From: an uncultured Holophagales bacterium
Lineage (GTDB): Bacteria; Acidobacteriota; Thermoanaerobaculia; Multivoradales; UBA5704
NCBI GenBank assembly: GCA_963842525.1
Contig: CAWJGT010000025.1
Coordinates: 256,001 to 320,000, forward strand
DNA length: 64,000 nucleotides
Direction of reading: 5' to 3'
Numbering within the stretch: the stretch's first letter is position 1; each line of letters opens with the position of its first letter. Positions 28,801 through 37,341 of the stretch are shown here, piece after piece. The notes beneath the pieces were generated by a model that made no database searches, was not told the origin of the DNA, and saw only the letters and a list, made by a program, of their open reading frames with translations. The position numbers and the translations under genes were made by a program.

Positions 28801-28946
28801 TCTCCGGCATGATCATCGGCTCCGTCTTCACTCTCTTCGTTGTGCCGTCGATCTACATGCTGGTCGCGCAGACTCACAAGGCGGAAGCGCCGGAGCCGGA
28901 GGCCGTGCCCGGGCTGGCGGCGGCAGAGACGACTGCGATCTCCTGA
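25857..28946 (+). CDS. RND efflux permease (AcrB/MexW-like)
   Basis: FIRRPVLA, GLVVDDAIVMVEN, KNGILIVEFA, RLRPILMTT. Confidence 0.97.
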   Translation: MKLTDLFIRRPVLAVVVNLVILIAGLQSIRSLSVRQFPRSDVAVIRVTTAYIGANADLVRGFITTPLERVIASMDGIDYMESSSAQNLCTITVHLKLNFDTNAALTQIQAKVAQVRNELPPEAEAPIIQLETADTAFAGMYLGFSSQDLDPNQITDYLTRVVQPKLSAISGVQRASIEGGRTFAMRIWLKPGRMAARGISPSDVQQALAANNYLSALGRTKGSMVSVNLVANTDLQTVEEFRQLVIKEDQGGVVRLGEIADVVLGAEDYDQEVLFNGEAATFMGIWVLPTANTLEVIGKVRDAMPEIQAQLPAGMKGSIPYDSTVYIQSSIEEVLKTLSETLLIVILVIFLFLGSVRAVLIPVVAIPISLVGAAFLMVAAGFTINLLTLLAIVLSVGLVVDDAIVMVENVERHLHLGQPPFQAAILAARELVGPIIAMTITLAAVYTPLAIQGGLTGSLFREFAFTLAGAVIVSGIVALTLSPMMASKLLRAGDTERGFAGFVNRRFESVRQRYMRLLSGTLNYRPVVLTLWVMVVALIFPFYMFSQRELAPAEDQGVVFGIVQGSANSTIDQTTLFTKKIYDVFASFPETDAIFQLTFPTGGFAGMVTKPSSERERTSAEIQVEAAAKLSQIPGVRIIPITPPSLPGGSDFPVDFVIASTAEPERLIEIANQLVAKAFASGLFMFADADLKFDQPQAELVFDRDKVRSLGVDMSQTGRDLSTLMGGNYVNRFSIQGRSYKVIPQIKRSERLTPDQLKDVHVTGPDGRLVPLSTFATVKMTTEPRELKRFQQLNAVRIQGVVPPGVALDQALAFLEQEAAKILPPGQGFTVDYAGESRQLRTEGSRFLGTFLLSAILIYLVLAAQFESFRDPFIILAGSVPLAISGALLFSFLGFTTLNIYSQVGLITLVGLVSKNGILIVEFANHLQEQGREKLQAIIEAAGTRLRPILMTTAATVVGHLPLVFAAGPGAGARNSIGIMLVSGMIIGSVFTLFVVPSIYMLVAQTHKAEAPEPEAVPGLAAAETTAIS

Positions 28947-28983
28947 ACCGGACTACGAGCAACACACAAAACAGGAGCCAACC

Positions 28984-29472
28984 ATGAAAAAGCCCGAACC
29001 GCAGCAGGAACACCAGTGGCTGGAGAAGCTCGTCGGCGAATGGATTCTCGAAGGCGAGGCGACGACGGAGCCGGACAAGTCCCCCGAGCCGTGGACCGAG
29101 AGCGTGCGGTCGCTCGATGGGCTCTGGGTCGTGGCCGAGGGGAAGGGCGAAATGCCCGAAGGCGGCGGCCCCGCGACCACGATCATGACGCTCGGCTATG
29201 ACCCGCAGAAAAAGCGTTTCGTCGGCACCTGGATCGGGTCGATGATGACCTACCTCTGGGTGTACGATGGCTCGCTCGACGGAAACGTGCTGACGCTCGA
29301 AAGCGAGGGCCCCGGCATGGCCGAGGGCGCCGAGGGCGCCGAAGGGAAGATGGCCAAGTACAAGGACGTGATCGAGCTCAAGGACGACGATCACCGGGTG
29401 ATGACATCCCACGCGCTGGGCGATGACGGGGAGTGGAGCCAGTTCATGACGGTCAACTACCGGCGGAAGTAG
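28984..29472 (+). CDS. DUF1579-family protein
   Basis: EHQWLEKLVGEW, GYDPQKKRFVGTWIGSM. Confidence 0.85.
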   Translation: MKKPEPQQEHQWLEKLVGEWILEGEATTEPDKSPEPWTESVRSLDGLWVVAEGKGEMPEGGGPATTIMTLGYDPQKKRFVGTWIGSMMTYLWVYDGSLDGNVLTLESEGPGMAEGAEGAEGKMAKYKDVIELKDDDHRVMTSHALGDDGEWSQFMTVNYRRK

Positions 29473-30890
29473 TGAGCGGGACGTCGACGCCGGAGAAACG
29501 ACGCTACGACAGGTCCATCGTCGCGGGGCCGTTGCTCCCCGCGGTCTGGAAGATCGCGTGGCCGACGATGCTCACGAACGTCTTTGGCGGGCTTCAGGGC
29601 ATCGTCGACCATGCGCTCGTCGGCCATCTGGTCGGTTTCAAGGGCAACGCCGCGATCGGCGTGGCATGGCAGATCTTCATCGTCGTCATCGTCTTCATCA
29701 ACTCGCTGTTCATCGGCATGAGCGTGCTCGTCGCCCGCTTCGCCGGCGCCGGCGAGGAAGACAAGGTCAACCGCACGGTCTACCAGGCATTCCTCACGGC
29801 GATCGGGATCTCGCTGCTGGTCATGGCACCGCTCGGGTATCTCTTCTCGCCGTCGCTGCTCGATCTGGTCAACGCCGCGCCCGACGTGAAGGCGGAAGCG
29901 CTGCCGTTCCTCCGCATCGCATTCCTCTTCAGCAGCGGCATGCTCGTCTTCTACATGCTCGGCGGCGCCCTGCGCTCGGCGGGCGACGCGCGCACGCCGA
30001 TGGTCCTCGGCATCGTCATGACGGTGCTGAATCTCGTGCTGAACGTCATCCTGATCCGCGGTCTGGGACCGATTCCCGCTTTCGGCACCACCGGTTCGGC
30101 GATGGGGACGATGATCGCTTCCGGTCTCGTCGCGCTGTACGCGGTGGTGAAGCTGTGGCGCGGCGGGTGGGTCGTGTCGTTCCCGCGCGGACAGGGTTTC
30201 GGTCCGGATTGGAGCATCATCAGGTCGCTTTTCCGATTCGGCCTGCCGGCCGGCATTCAGGGAATCGCGATGAACATCGGCGGCGTGTTGATGATGGCGT
30301 TCATCGGCTCGCTCGCGCAGAGCGCGGCGGCGCAGGCGGCGTTCGCCGTCTCGTATACCCAGCTTTTCTCGCTGATCACGTGGACATCGATCGGGCTGAT
30401 GGGCGCGGCTGCGGCCGTCGCTGGACAATGCCTCGGCGCGGGCGATCCCGATCGGGCCAACGCGGCGGTGCATGTGGCGGCGCGCTTCGGGTTCGCCGGC
30501 GCGGGGCTCATCGGATTCTTCTTCCTGTTCTTTCCGCGGCAATTGCTCGCCATCTTCGGCATGAACGAGCCGGCCGTCGTCGAGATCGGCGTCCAGCTTC
30601 TGCGCGTGCTGAGCGTCTCGGGTATCTTCATCGCCGTCGCGCTCACGTACACAGGCGGGCTGCAAGGGACGGGCGACACCAGGAGCCCGCTCTACATCTC
30701 GATCGTCTCGCAGATCCTCGTGCCCCTCGGCATCTGCTTCGTGATCCAGCAGACGGGCAGGCTGGACCCGATCGACATCTGGATCGCGATCCTCGTCGGT
30801 CACGCGACGCGGTGCGCGCTGAGCGTGCTTCGCTTCAACCAGGGAAAGTGGCGCGGCATCGCGGTGGATATCGAGCCGAAGGCGCCATGA
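29472..30890 (+). CDS. MATE-family efflux transporter
   Basis: AWPTML...IVDHALVGHL, LRSAGDARTPM, LQGTGDTRSPL; about 12 TM. Confidence 0.92.
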   Translation: MSGTSTPEKRRYDRSIVAGPLLPAVWKIAWPTMLTNVFGGLQGIVDHALVGHLVGFKGNAAIGVAWQIFIVVIVFINSLFIGMSVLVARFAGAGEEDKVNRTVYQAFLTAIGISLLVMAPLGYLFSPSLLDLVNAAPDVKAEALPFLRIAFLFSSGMLVFYMLGGALRSAGDARTPMVLGIVMTVLNLVLNVILIRGLGPIPAFGTTGSAMGTMIASGLVALYAVVKLWRGGWVVSFPRGQGFGPDWSIIRSLFRFGLPAGIQGIAMNIGGVLMMAFIGSLAQSAAAQAAFAVSYTQLFSLITWTSIGLMGAAAAVAGQCLGAGDPDRANAAVHVAARFGFAGAGLIGFFFLFFPRQLLAIFGMNEPAVVEIGVQLLRVLSVSGIFIAVALTYTGGLQGTGDTRSPLYISIVSQILVPLGICFVIQQTGRLDPIDIWIAILVGHATRCALSVLRFNQGKWRGIAVDIEPKAP

Positions 30891-30912
30891 GCCGGAGGGA
30901 AACAGGGCGCCG

Positions 30913-30939
30913 TGTCGATTTCGCGGCGCCTCGTTCGTC
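30913..30939 (+). promoter_or_regulatory. ECF42-type promoter of the YciI/DGPF gene
   Basis: TGTCGA-N17-CGTC; DGPF genes are established ECF42 targets. Confidence 0.7.
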
Positions 30940-31022
30940 GTCCTGGTAGAGCCGGGGCTCACATCCGGTCGAGGTCGTCCGGAAGCCCGGCTCCGAACCC
31001 GAAACCAGAAGGAGGAACGACG

Positions 31023-31439
31023 ATGCGATTCATGATGCTGATGATCCCCAAGGGGTACGAGACGGCGGAGCCGGGCACCATGCCGGAGGCCGAGGCCGTT
31101 GCCGCGATGATGAAGTACAACGAATCCCTGCAGAAGGCCGGTGTGCTGCTCGCGCTCGATGGCCTCCACCCGCCCTCGATGGGTGCGCGCGTCTCGTTCT
31201 CCGGCGGCAAGCCCAAGGTGACCGATGGGCCCTTCGCTGAGGCGAAGGAGGTGCTCGGCGGCTATTGGATGATTCAGGTGAAGTCGAGGGAAGAGGCTAT
31301 CGAATGGGCGTCGCGCTGCCCCGCTTCGGACAACGAAGTGATCGAGGTGCGCCAGGTGCAGGAGCTCGCGGACTTCCCGCCCGACGTCCAGAAGGCCGCG
31401 GAGAAGTATCCCGAGATGCAGAAGGCGGCCGGGCGGTAG
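31023..31439 (+). CDS. YciI/DGPF-family protein
   Basis: VTDGPFAEAKEVLGGYW, IEVRQV. Confidence 0.93.
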   Translation: MRFMMLMIPKGYETAEPGTMPEAEAVAAMMKYNESLQKAGVLLALDGLHPPSMGARVSFSGGKPKVTDGPFAEAKEVLGGYWMIQVKSREEAIEWASRCPASDNEVIEVRQVQELADFPPDVQKAAEKYPEMQKAAGR

Positions 31440-31502
31440 GAGCCACATTGCGGGCATTGTGCTTGCACGTTACCCAGGGGTGTGCGGGGAAAGGAGAGCA
31501 GA

Positions 31503-31904
31503 ATGCTAAGTGACGCAACTGTACAGCCCATGCTTCCGGTCAAGGACCTGGAGGTGGCAAAGAAGTTCTATGAAGGAGCCCTGGGGCTCAAGAAAACCGG
31601 CGAAGAGCCCGGTATGGCGGTCGTCTACCAGAGCGCCGGCAGCAGCACTCTTTGTGTCTATCGTTCGGAGTTTGCGGGAACGAACAAGGCCACGGCCGCC
31701 CTATGGGAAGTGAAGGACGTCGAGCAGACGGTCAAGGAGCTGAAAGGAGCAGGGGTGGACTTCGAGCACTACGACGACCTCCCTGGCCTGACCCGCAAGG
31801 GCGACATCCATCTGGCAGAGGATTTCCGAGTCGCGTGGTTCAAGGACCCGGACGGGAACATCCTTTCCGTACAGAATAACCCCGCAGGATCTGGAGCGAG
31901 CTGA
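31503..31904 (+). CDS. VOC/glyoxalase-family protein
   Basis: LPVKDLEVAKKFYEGALGL, AWFKDPDGNIL. Confidence 0.92.
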   Translation: MLSDATVQPMLPVKDLEVAKKFYEGALGLKKTGEEPGMAVVYQSAGSSTLCVYRSEFAGTNKATAALWEVKDVEQTVKELKGAGVDFEHYDDLPGLTRKGDIHLAEDFRVAWFKDPDGNILSVQNNPAGSGAS

Positions 31905-32037
31905 AGAGGCGGTTTTACCGCCCCTCTCGTACTGAAGGGCAGGCCCCGCCCATTGACATCTCCGGGGATGCAAAGTAGGGTTCTCCGAGGCCCAAGCTCG
32001 GGCTCCGGGAGGGCGGGCACACCGAAAGGAATGATCT

Positions 32038-32268
32038 ATGGCTCGAAGCTTTGAAGAGATCAGAACGGAGGCACTCGGTCTCGATCTCGACTCGCGGGCT
32101 GCCCTCGCACACCTCCTCCTGAATAGCCTCGAAGATGTTTCGGAAGATGAAAGTGAGCGTCTCTGGCTGGACGAAGCGGAGAGACGGCAGACCGAAGTCC
32201 GGGAAGGTCGCGTACAGCTCGTACCTGGCGATCAGGTGATGGAGCGGCTGGCCAAGGTCCTCGATTGA
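32038..32268 (+). CDS. Addiction-module antitoxin (TIGR02574-like)
   Basis: ALGLDLDSRAALAHLLLNSL...WLDEAERR; upstream of ParE. Confidence 0.85.
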   Translation: MARSFEEIRTEALGLDLDSRAALAHLLLNSLEDVSEDESERLWLDEAERRQTEVREGRVQLVPGDQVMERLAKVLD

Positions 32269-32567
32269 TCGGCTATTCATTCCATCCTCAAGCCGAAGAG
32301 GAGGTTCTTGAGGTTGCCCGGTACTATGAGGCGCGATCTCCGGGGCTGGGAAAAGGCTTCCGGGCTGAGCTTGATTCGGTAATCCAGTTTTTGCGTCGCC
32401 TCCCAGACGCGGCTCCAGCCGTTCGAGGCAACCTTCGGCGCAAATCTCTGAATCGCTTTCCTTATCTTCTGATCTATGCCGTTGAATCTGCCGAGATCCG
32501 GATCTATGCCGTTTCGCATCGGCGCCGCCGTCCGGATTATTGGGTGAGCCGTCTACCACGCGGATAG
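32265..32567 (+). CDS. RelE/ParE-family toxin
   Basis: FHPQAEEE...YYE...GLG...RFPYLLIY...AVSHRRRRPDYW. Confidence 0.9.
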   Translation: MIGYSFHPQAEEEVLEVARYYEARSPGLGKGFRAELDSVIQFLRRLPDAAPAVRGNLRRKSLNRFPYLLIYAVESAEIRIYAVSHRRRRPDYWVSRLPRG

Positions 32568-32586
32568 CAAGGGGGCCGCAGAGGAT

Positions 32587-32784
32587 ATGACCCGAGTCGC
32601 CGTCAACACCGGTGCCTCGCGCGGGACGCACTTCGCCGGCTCCACCCCGGGCGCCCCCGGCAAGGAGTGGTTCCTGCCGCCTGCTACGGTCGGAGAGGCC
32701 GTCCGCTTCGCGCTACGGCTCCCCCCGGAGGCCCGGGTCGAGGAGATCGTCTTGCGGAGCGCGGGGCCGGCGCCGGGGCTCTGA
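32587..32784 (+). pseudogene. Internally deleted SDR oxidoreductase remnant
   Basis: N-terminal RVAVNTGASRG fused directly to C-terminal THFAG...LPPATVGEAVRFALRLP...VEEIVLR. Confidence 0.6.
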
Positions 32785-32797
32785 GCAGTCCGCCGAC

Positions 32798-33244
32798 CTA
32801 CGGCTCGGCGGGAATGTCCTCGATCTCGAGGAAAGGGAAGATCTGGAAGTCGCCGGGGTTGAAGGTGGCCAGACGCCGCACTCCCACGGACTCCAGCGTC
32901 GCAGCCAGCGCGGTATCGAGGATCCTTTTTCGACCCAACCGGAGACTTTCGATCAGGTTCAGAGTACGGCGAAGCACCTCCGGCGTGGGCAGGATCTGGA
33001 CCACCTCTTCGGCATCCCACAGGGATCGTGCGAGTTGCAGGGCGTCCCGCATTTTCAGAGGAGCTTCGAACCGCCTCGGATCGGTGGTGATGTGGAGGAA
33101 TTCGTGCAGCACCTGCGGCGTGAGCCCCAGGAGCCCTCCACGATCCTGGACCTCGGCGGCAAAGATCCGGCGTGCCGTTTCATGCCGGGGTGCTCCCGTC
33201 ATCGCCCAGGCGACGAGCACGTCCGTGTCGATGCCCAGGATCAC
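32798..33244 (-). CDS. vapC: PIN-domain toxin
   Basis: ILGIDTDVLV, PQVLHEF, ILDTALAAT, LATFNPGDF; GTGA overlap. Confidence 0.88.
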   Translation of the reverse strand: MILGIDTDVLVAWAMTGAPRHETARRIFAAEVQDRGGLLGLTPQVLHEFLHITTDPRRFEAPLKMRDALQLARSLWDAEEVVQILPTPEVLRRTLNLIESLRLGRKRILDTALAATLESVGVRRLATFNPGDFQIFPFLEIEDIPAEP

Positions 33245-33471
33245 CGCTCGCGCATCTCGCCCAGCAGCTCGTCCCGGGTCCACGAGCGGAGCAGCTCGCC
33301 GCTCGCGTGCGGAGCCAGGTCGAAGACGGAGCCTTTGCGGCGCCCCCTCCGTTCGAGATACTCGGCCATCGCTTCCCGGATGAGCTCGGCGACGGGCTTG
33401 CCCGCGCGCTCCGCCATCCGCTTGAAGCTCCGGTACTCCTCGTCCTCGACGTGCAGCGAGATCGGCCTCAT
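33241..33471 (-). CDS. CopG/RHH antitoxin
   Basis: ISLHVEDEEYRSFKRMAERAGKPVAELIREAM. Confidence 0.85.
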   Translation of the reverse strand: MRPISLHVEDEEYRSFKRMAERAGKPVAELIREAMAEYLERRGRRKGSVFDLAPHASGELLRSWTRDELLGEMRER

Positions 33472-33477
33472 GGCACC

Positions 33478-33504
33478 ATCCTATATCGGAATCCTATATA
33501 GGAT
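33478..33504. promoter_or_regulatory. Palindromic operator upstream of the RHH antitoxin
   Basis: Perfect palindrome ATCCTATATAGGAT (33491-33504) preceded by a degenerate copy. Confidence 0.55.
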
Positions 33505-33575
33505 CAACCGGCGGCGCCTGCACCGCATCAAATTCGCAAGACGTCCCTGGCAGAGGCCTTGCTTGACAAGCCGGC

Positions 33576-36500
33576 ATGGAGATGCAGGGCGTCCTCCGTC
33601 ATGTCCGGACCCGCTGGCGGGGGCTCTCCCGCCAGACGGCTTGGTTGACGATCGGGATCGCGCTCGTACTGGCCCTGCTCGTCCTGGAATTCTCCTGGGA
33701 ACGCTGCTTCTTCGACGGCTGCCCGGACGTTTCGACCCTGGCGGCGTACCAGCCGGGCGGGGCGCCCGTGATCCTCGACCGGCACGGCGAGGTCTTCGCC
33801 GACCTGACGCCGGTCGAGCAGAAGATCGTCCCTCTGGGCTCGCTGCCGTCCCATGTGGCGGAGGCCTTCCTCGCCGTGGAAGACCAGCGCTTTTACGCAC
33901 ACAACGGGGTCGACCTGCGGCGGGTCGGGGGAGCGTTGCTTGCAAACCTCCGGTCCGGCGGATTCGACCAGGGCTTCAGCACGATCTCCATGCAGCTTGC
34001 GCGCAACGTGTTCCCGGACCGCATCCCCGGGCAGGAGCAGAGCCTCGCGCGCAAGGCCCTGGAGGTCCGGGTGGCCCGGGAGATCGAGCACCGGTACTCG
34101 AAGCAGGAGATCCTCGAGCTCTATCTCAACCACATCTACTTCGGCAACCGGGCGCACGGCATCGAGGCCGCGGCCCAGCAATACTTCCGGATACCGGCCA
34201 CGCAGTTGAGCCTCACCCAGGCGGCGCTCCTGGCGGCGTTACCCAAGGCACCCAGCTATTACGACCCGCGCCGCCATCCCGAGCGGGCCCTCGAACGGCG
34301 CAATCTGGTCCTCAAGCTCCTGGAGGATCAGGGTCGGGTCCCTCACCTCCAGGCCCTCGAGGCGCAGCGCTCGCCGCTGGGCATGGCGCCGCCGCCGCGG
34401 CAGGAGAGGGTCGAGTCCGGCCTCGCCCCCTACTTCGTCGAGCAGGTCCGGCACGAGCTGGAGGAGCGCTTCGGCGCCGACCTCTACCGGCGGCCGCTGC
34501 GCATCCGGACGACTCTGGACTCGCGGGTGCAGCGCGCTGCCGAGGAGGAGCTCGCCCGGCAGCTCCGCCTCGTCGAGGACGGCGAGCTCGGGAGCTTCCA
34601 GGGCCCGCGCTACATGGCCGCCGATCAGCCTCCTCCCACCGGCACTCCCTATGTCCAGGGCGCGGTGGTGATGCTCGACGCCGTGCGCGGCGACGTGCTC
34701 GCCTGGGTCGGGGGCCGCAACTTCGCCCACTCGCAGTTCGACCGGGTGTCGCAGGCCCGGCGGCAGGCCGGCAGCGCGTTCAAGCCGTTCGTCTACGCCG
34801 CAGCGCTCCGCGACGGCTGGGTGCTCTCCCAGCCGCTCCTCGACCAGCCGCTGCGCGTGCGGCTGGCCAGCGGTCAGGTCTGGCGGCCCCGCAACTTCAC
34901 CAACGAATACGAGGGGCAGATCACCGTCCGCGATGCCCTGGTGCGCTCGAAGAACGTGCCGACCGTGCGCCTGGCGGACGCCATCGGCCTGCGGGAGGTG
35001 GCGGACACCGCCCGGGAGGCGGGGATCGACGAGCGCTTCTCCGTGGTCCCGGCCATGGCGCTCGGCACGGTCGCGGTATCGCCTCTGGAGCTGAGCGCGG
35101 CCTATACCGCCTTCGCCGGCCTCGGCGAGGGGGTCGAGCCCCGCTATCTCCTCGATATCCAGGACCTCGACGGCAAGGTGCTCTGGTCGTCGTCCTCTTC
35201 GCGCCGCAAGGTCCTCGATCCCGGCGTGGCCTTCCTGATCACCGACGTCCTGGCCGAGGCGTTGGAGCGGGGGACCGGCTACCGCGTCCGGCAGGCCGGC
35301 GTGCGGGTCCCCGCCGCGGGCAAGACCGGCACGACCAACGACGGCGCCGACGCCTGGTTCGTCGGTTATACGCCCGAGGTGGTCGCCGGCGTCTGGATCG
35401 GCTTCGACAAGCCGCGGCCCATTCTGGAGGACGCGACCGGAGGCCGTCTCGCGGCTCCGCTCTGGGCGCGTCTCGTCCAGCGGTTCCACGAACAGCGCCG
35501 ACCGCCACAGCCCTGGAAACGTCCGGCCGGCGTCGTGGTCCGGAAGGCGGACCCGGCGACCGGGCTGCGGCTGGAGGATGGCTGCGCGCCTCTCCGTGGC
35601 GAGGCGTACGACGAGCTCTTCCTCCAGGACTACGAGCCCAAGGCGTACTGCCCAGGCAAGGAGCCCGTGCCGCAGGACGGTTTCCCGACGATATGGCTCG
35701 CCAACAACCGCCGCCTCCGCGAGGAGGAGGAGCGCCGCCCCCTCGCACAGAAAGCGGAGCAGGCCGACGAGGCGCGCAAGCAGGCCGAACAGGAGCAGCT
35801 TACCCGTCAGGCCGCGGCCCGCCGCCAAGCCGAGCAGCAGGCCGCCCGCGAGACCGAGGAGCGGGAGCGGCTCGCCCAGGAGCGTCAGGCCCGCGACGAG
35901 GAGGCCCGCCACCTCGCCCAGCAGCGCGAAACCGCGCAGAAAAAAGCCGAGGAACGGCAAGTCGCCGCCGAGGCGCAGCGCAAAGAAGAGGAGAAGGCGG
36001 GGAGGTTGGCCCAGACACAGCGCCCGGAGGAGCTCCGGCGTGAGCGCGCAGAGCGGCAGGCGAAGGAGGTCCAGGAGACCCGGGCGGAGCAGGAGCGCCT
36101 GGCCCGCCTCCAGGACGGAGAGCGCCGCCTGGTCGAGAAGGAGCGCGAGCTGCGACGCCGCGAGGAGCGGCTGAGCAAGGAGCGAAAAGATCCGGAGTCG
36201 CGGCGGGCTGAGCCCAAGGCCGAAGAGCCGAAAGAAGAAACGAAACAGGATGAGGACGCAGAAGAGGACCGGGAAGAGGAGCCCCGGCACGGTCTCTCCG
36301 GCTGGTGGGAGATGACGAACCGGATCGACTCCACGAATTATGCCTCCTTCAAGGGGCTCCGGCTCGGCTATCGCGTCCAGCTCGAGCAGGACGGCAACCG
36401 GATCACCGGCCGCGGCCAGAAATGGGCCGAGGACGGCCGCACCCTGCCCGCCTCCGCCCGCACGCCCATCCGGGTTACGGGCTCCATCGACGGCGGCAAG

Positions 36501-36653
36501 ATCACCCTCCAGTTCACCGAACAGGGTGCTAAGAGGTCGACCAGCGGCGGCTTCACCTGGACCCTCTCGGCCGATCGAACCGAGCTGCGAGGCAGTTTCT
36601 GGAGCACCGCGGCCGGTACCAGCGGCAAATCGACGGCGGTGCGGATGCCGTAG
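33576..36653 (+). CDS. Class A penicillin-binding protein (PBP1A family) with coiled-coil and beta-rich C-terminal extension
   Basis: EDQRFYAHNGVD, GFSTISMQLARN, GSAFKPF (SxxK), SKN, GKTGTT. Confidence 0.93.
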   Translation: MEMQGVLRHVRTRWRGLSRQTAWLTIGIALVLALLVLEFSWERCFFDGCPDVSTLAAYQPGGAPVILDRHGEVFADLTPVEQKIVPLGSLPSHVAEAFLAVEDQRFYAHNGVDLRRVGGALLANLRSGGFDQGFSTISMQLARNVFPDRIPGQEQSLARKALEVRVAREIEHRYSKQEILELYLNHIYFGNRAHGIEAAAQQYFRIPATQLSLTQAALLAALPKAPSYYDPRRHPERALERRNLVLKLLEDQGRVPHLQALEAQRSPLGMAPPPRQERVESGLAPYFVEQVRHELEERFGADLYRRPLRIRTTLDSRVQRAAEEELARQLRLVEDGELGSFQGPRYMAADQPPPTGTPYVQGAVVMLDAVRGDVLAWVGGRNFAHSQFDRVSQARRQAGSAFKPFVYAAALRDGWVLSQPLLDQPLRVRLASGQVWRPRNFTNEYEGQITVRDALVRSKNVPTVRLADAIGLREVADTAREAGIDERFSVVPAMALGTVAVSPLELSAAYTAFAGLGEGVEPRYLLDIQDLDGKVLWSSSSSRRKVLDPGVAFLITDVLAEALERGTGYRVRQAGVRVPAAGKTGTTNDGADAWFVGYTPEVVAGVWIGFDKPRPILEDATGGRLAAPLWARLVQRFHEQRRPPQPWKRPAGVVVRKADPATGLRLEDGCAPLRGEAYDELFLQDYEPKAYCPGKEPVPQDGFPTIWLANNRRLREEEERRPLAQKAEQADEARKQAEQEQLTRQAAARRQAEQQAARETEERERLAQERQARDEEARHLAQQRETAQKKAEERQVAAEAQRKEEEKAGRLAQTQRPEELRRERAERQAKEVQETRAEQERLARLQDGERRLVEKERELRRREERLSKERKDPESRRAEPKAEEPKEETKQDEDAEEDREEEPRHGLSGWWEMTNRIDSTNYASFKGLRLGYRVQLEQDGNRITGRGQKWAEDGRTLPASARTPIRVTGSIDGGKITLQFTEQGAKRSTSGGFTWTLSADRTELRGSFWSTAAGTSGKSTAVRMP

Positions 36654-36735
36654 GGCTGGGCACCGCTACAGAGAGACAGTACACTCTCTGGCGGGGGCCG
36701 GTGGGTTTAAAGTATGTGGCCAGTCATCCTGACTC

Positions 36736-37044
36736 ATGGACATCGAGACGATCAAGGCCAAGATCCGCGCCGACGAGTATGTCTATACTTCCCATGCCGA
36801 TCTGGAACGCAAGGCGGACGATTTGACGTTTACAGAGATCGAGACAGCGCTGCTTGGAGGCGAGATCCTGGAATCGTATCCCGACACTGGACGAGGCGAG
36901 AGTTGCCTCGTCGTAGGGTTCAGCGGCAACCGAGCCATCCACATTGTTTGCGGCTGGCGTGGGGTGAAAGCGGCGATCGTCACCGTCTATGTCCCGAAGC
37001 CTCCCCAATTCGTTGATCCCTGGACACGAGGAACTGAGTTATGA
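36736..37044 (+). CDS. DUF4258 (RelE-like) toxin
   Basis: YTSHA...GEILESYPD...SCLVVG...IHIVCG...IVTVYVP. Confidence 0.85.
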   Translation: MDIETIKAKIRADEYVYTSHADLERKADDLTFTEIETALLGGEILESYPDTGRGESCLVVGFSGNRAIHIVCGWRGVKAAIVTVYVPKPPQFVDPWTRGTEL

Positions 37045-37289
37045 CGAAGGCGCGTTGCACCTACTGCGGGTCGGAGAGATCGGAGACGAGGAAGGTCGAT
37101 TACCTCTACAGCCATCAGGGGCAGTACCTCCTTGTTCCGAACACCCCGGTGGAAGTCTGCCTGGACTGCGGTATGTCGTTCTACGATGCGAAAGTCCTCA
37201 AGGAGATTGAGCGGCGTTTCTTCGCCATCCAGAACCATACAGAGCAACCCGAGGGCTACATCGAGATCCCGAAGGTCGCCTATCGTTGA
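37041..37289 (+). CDS. YgiT-type zinc finger (MqsA-like) protein
   Basis: CTYCG ... NTPVEVCLDCG. Confidence 0.85.
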   Translation: MTKARCTYCGSERSETRKVDYLYSHQGQYLLVPNTPVEVCLDCGMSFYDAKVLKEIERRFFAIQNHTEQPEGYIEIPKVAYR

Positions 37290-37341
37290 GGCCTTCGCCC
37301 TCCTCTTATCGGCTCAGACGGGAGTGAGATAAGAGAGACAG

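Noticed and set aside
32612-36043. 1143-aa plus-strand ORF and other long Arg/Pro/Gly-rich ORFs (e.g. 50122-53103, 60945-63938, 41733-44000)
   Set aside because: Shadow frames of real genes in high-GC DNA with no recognisable motifs
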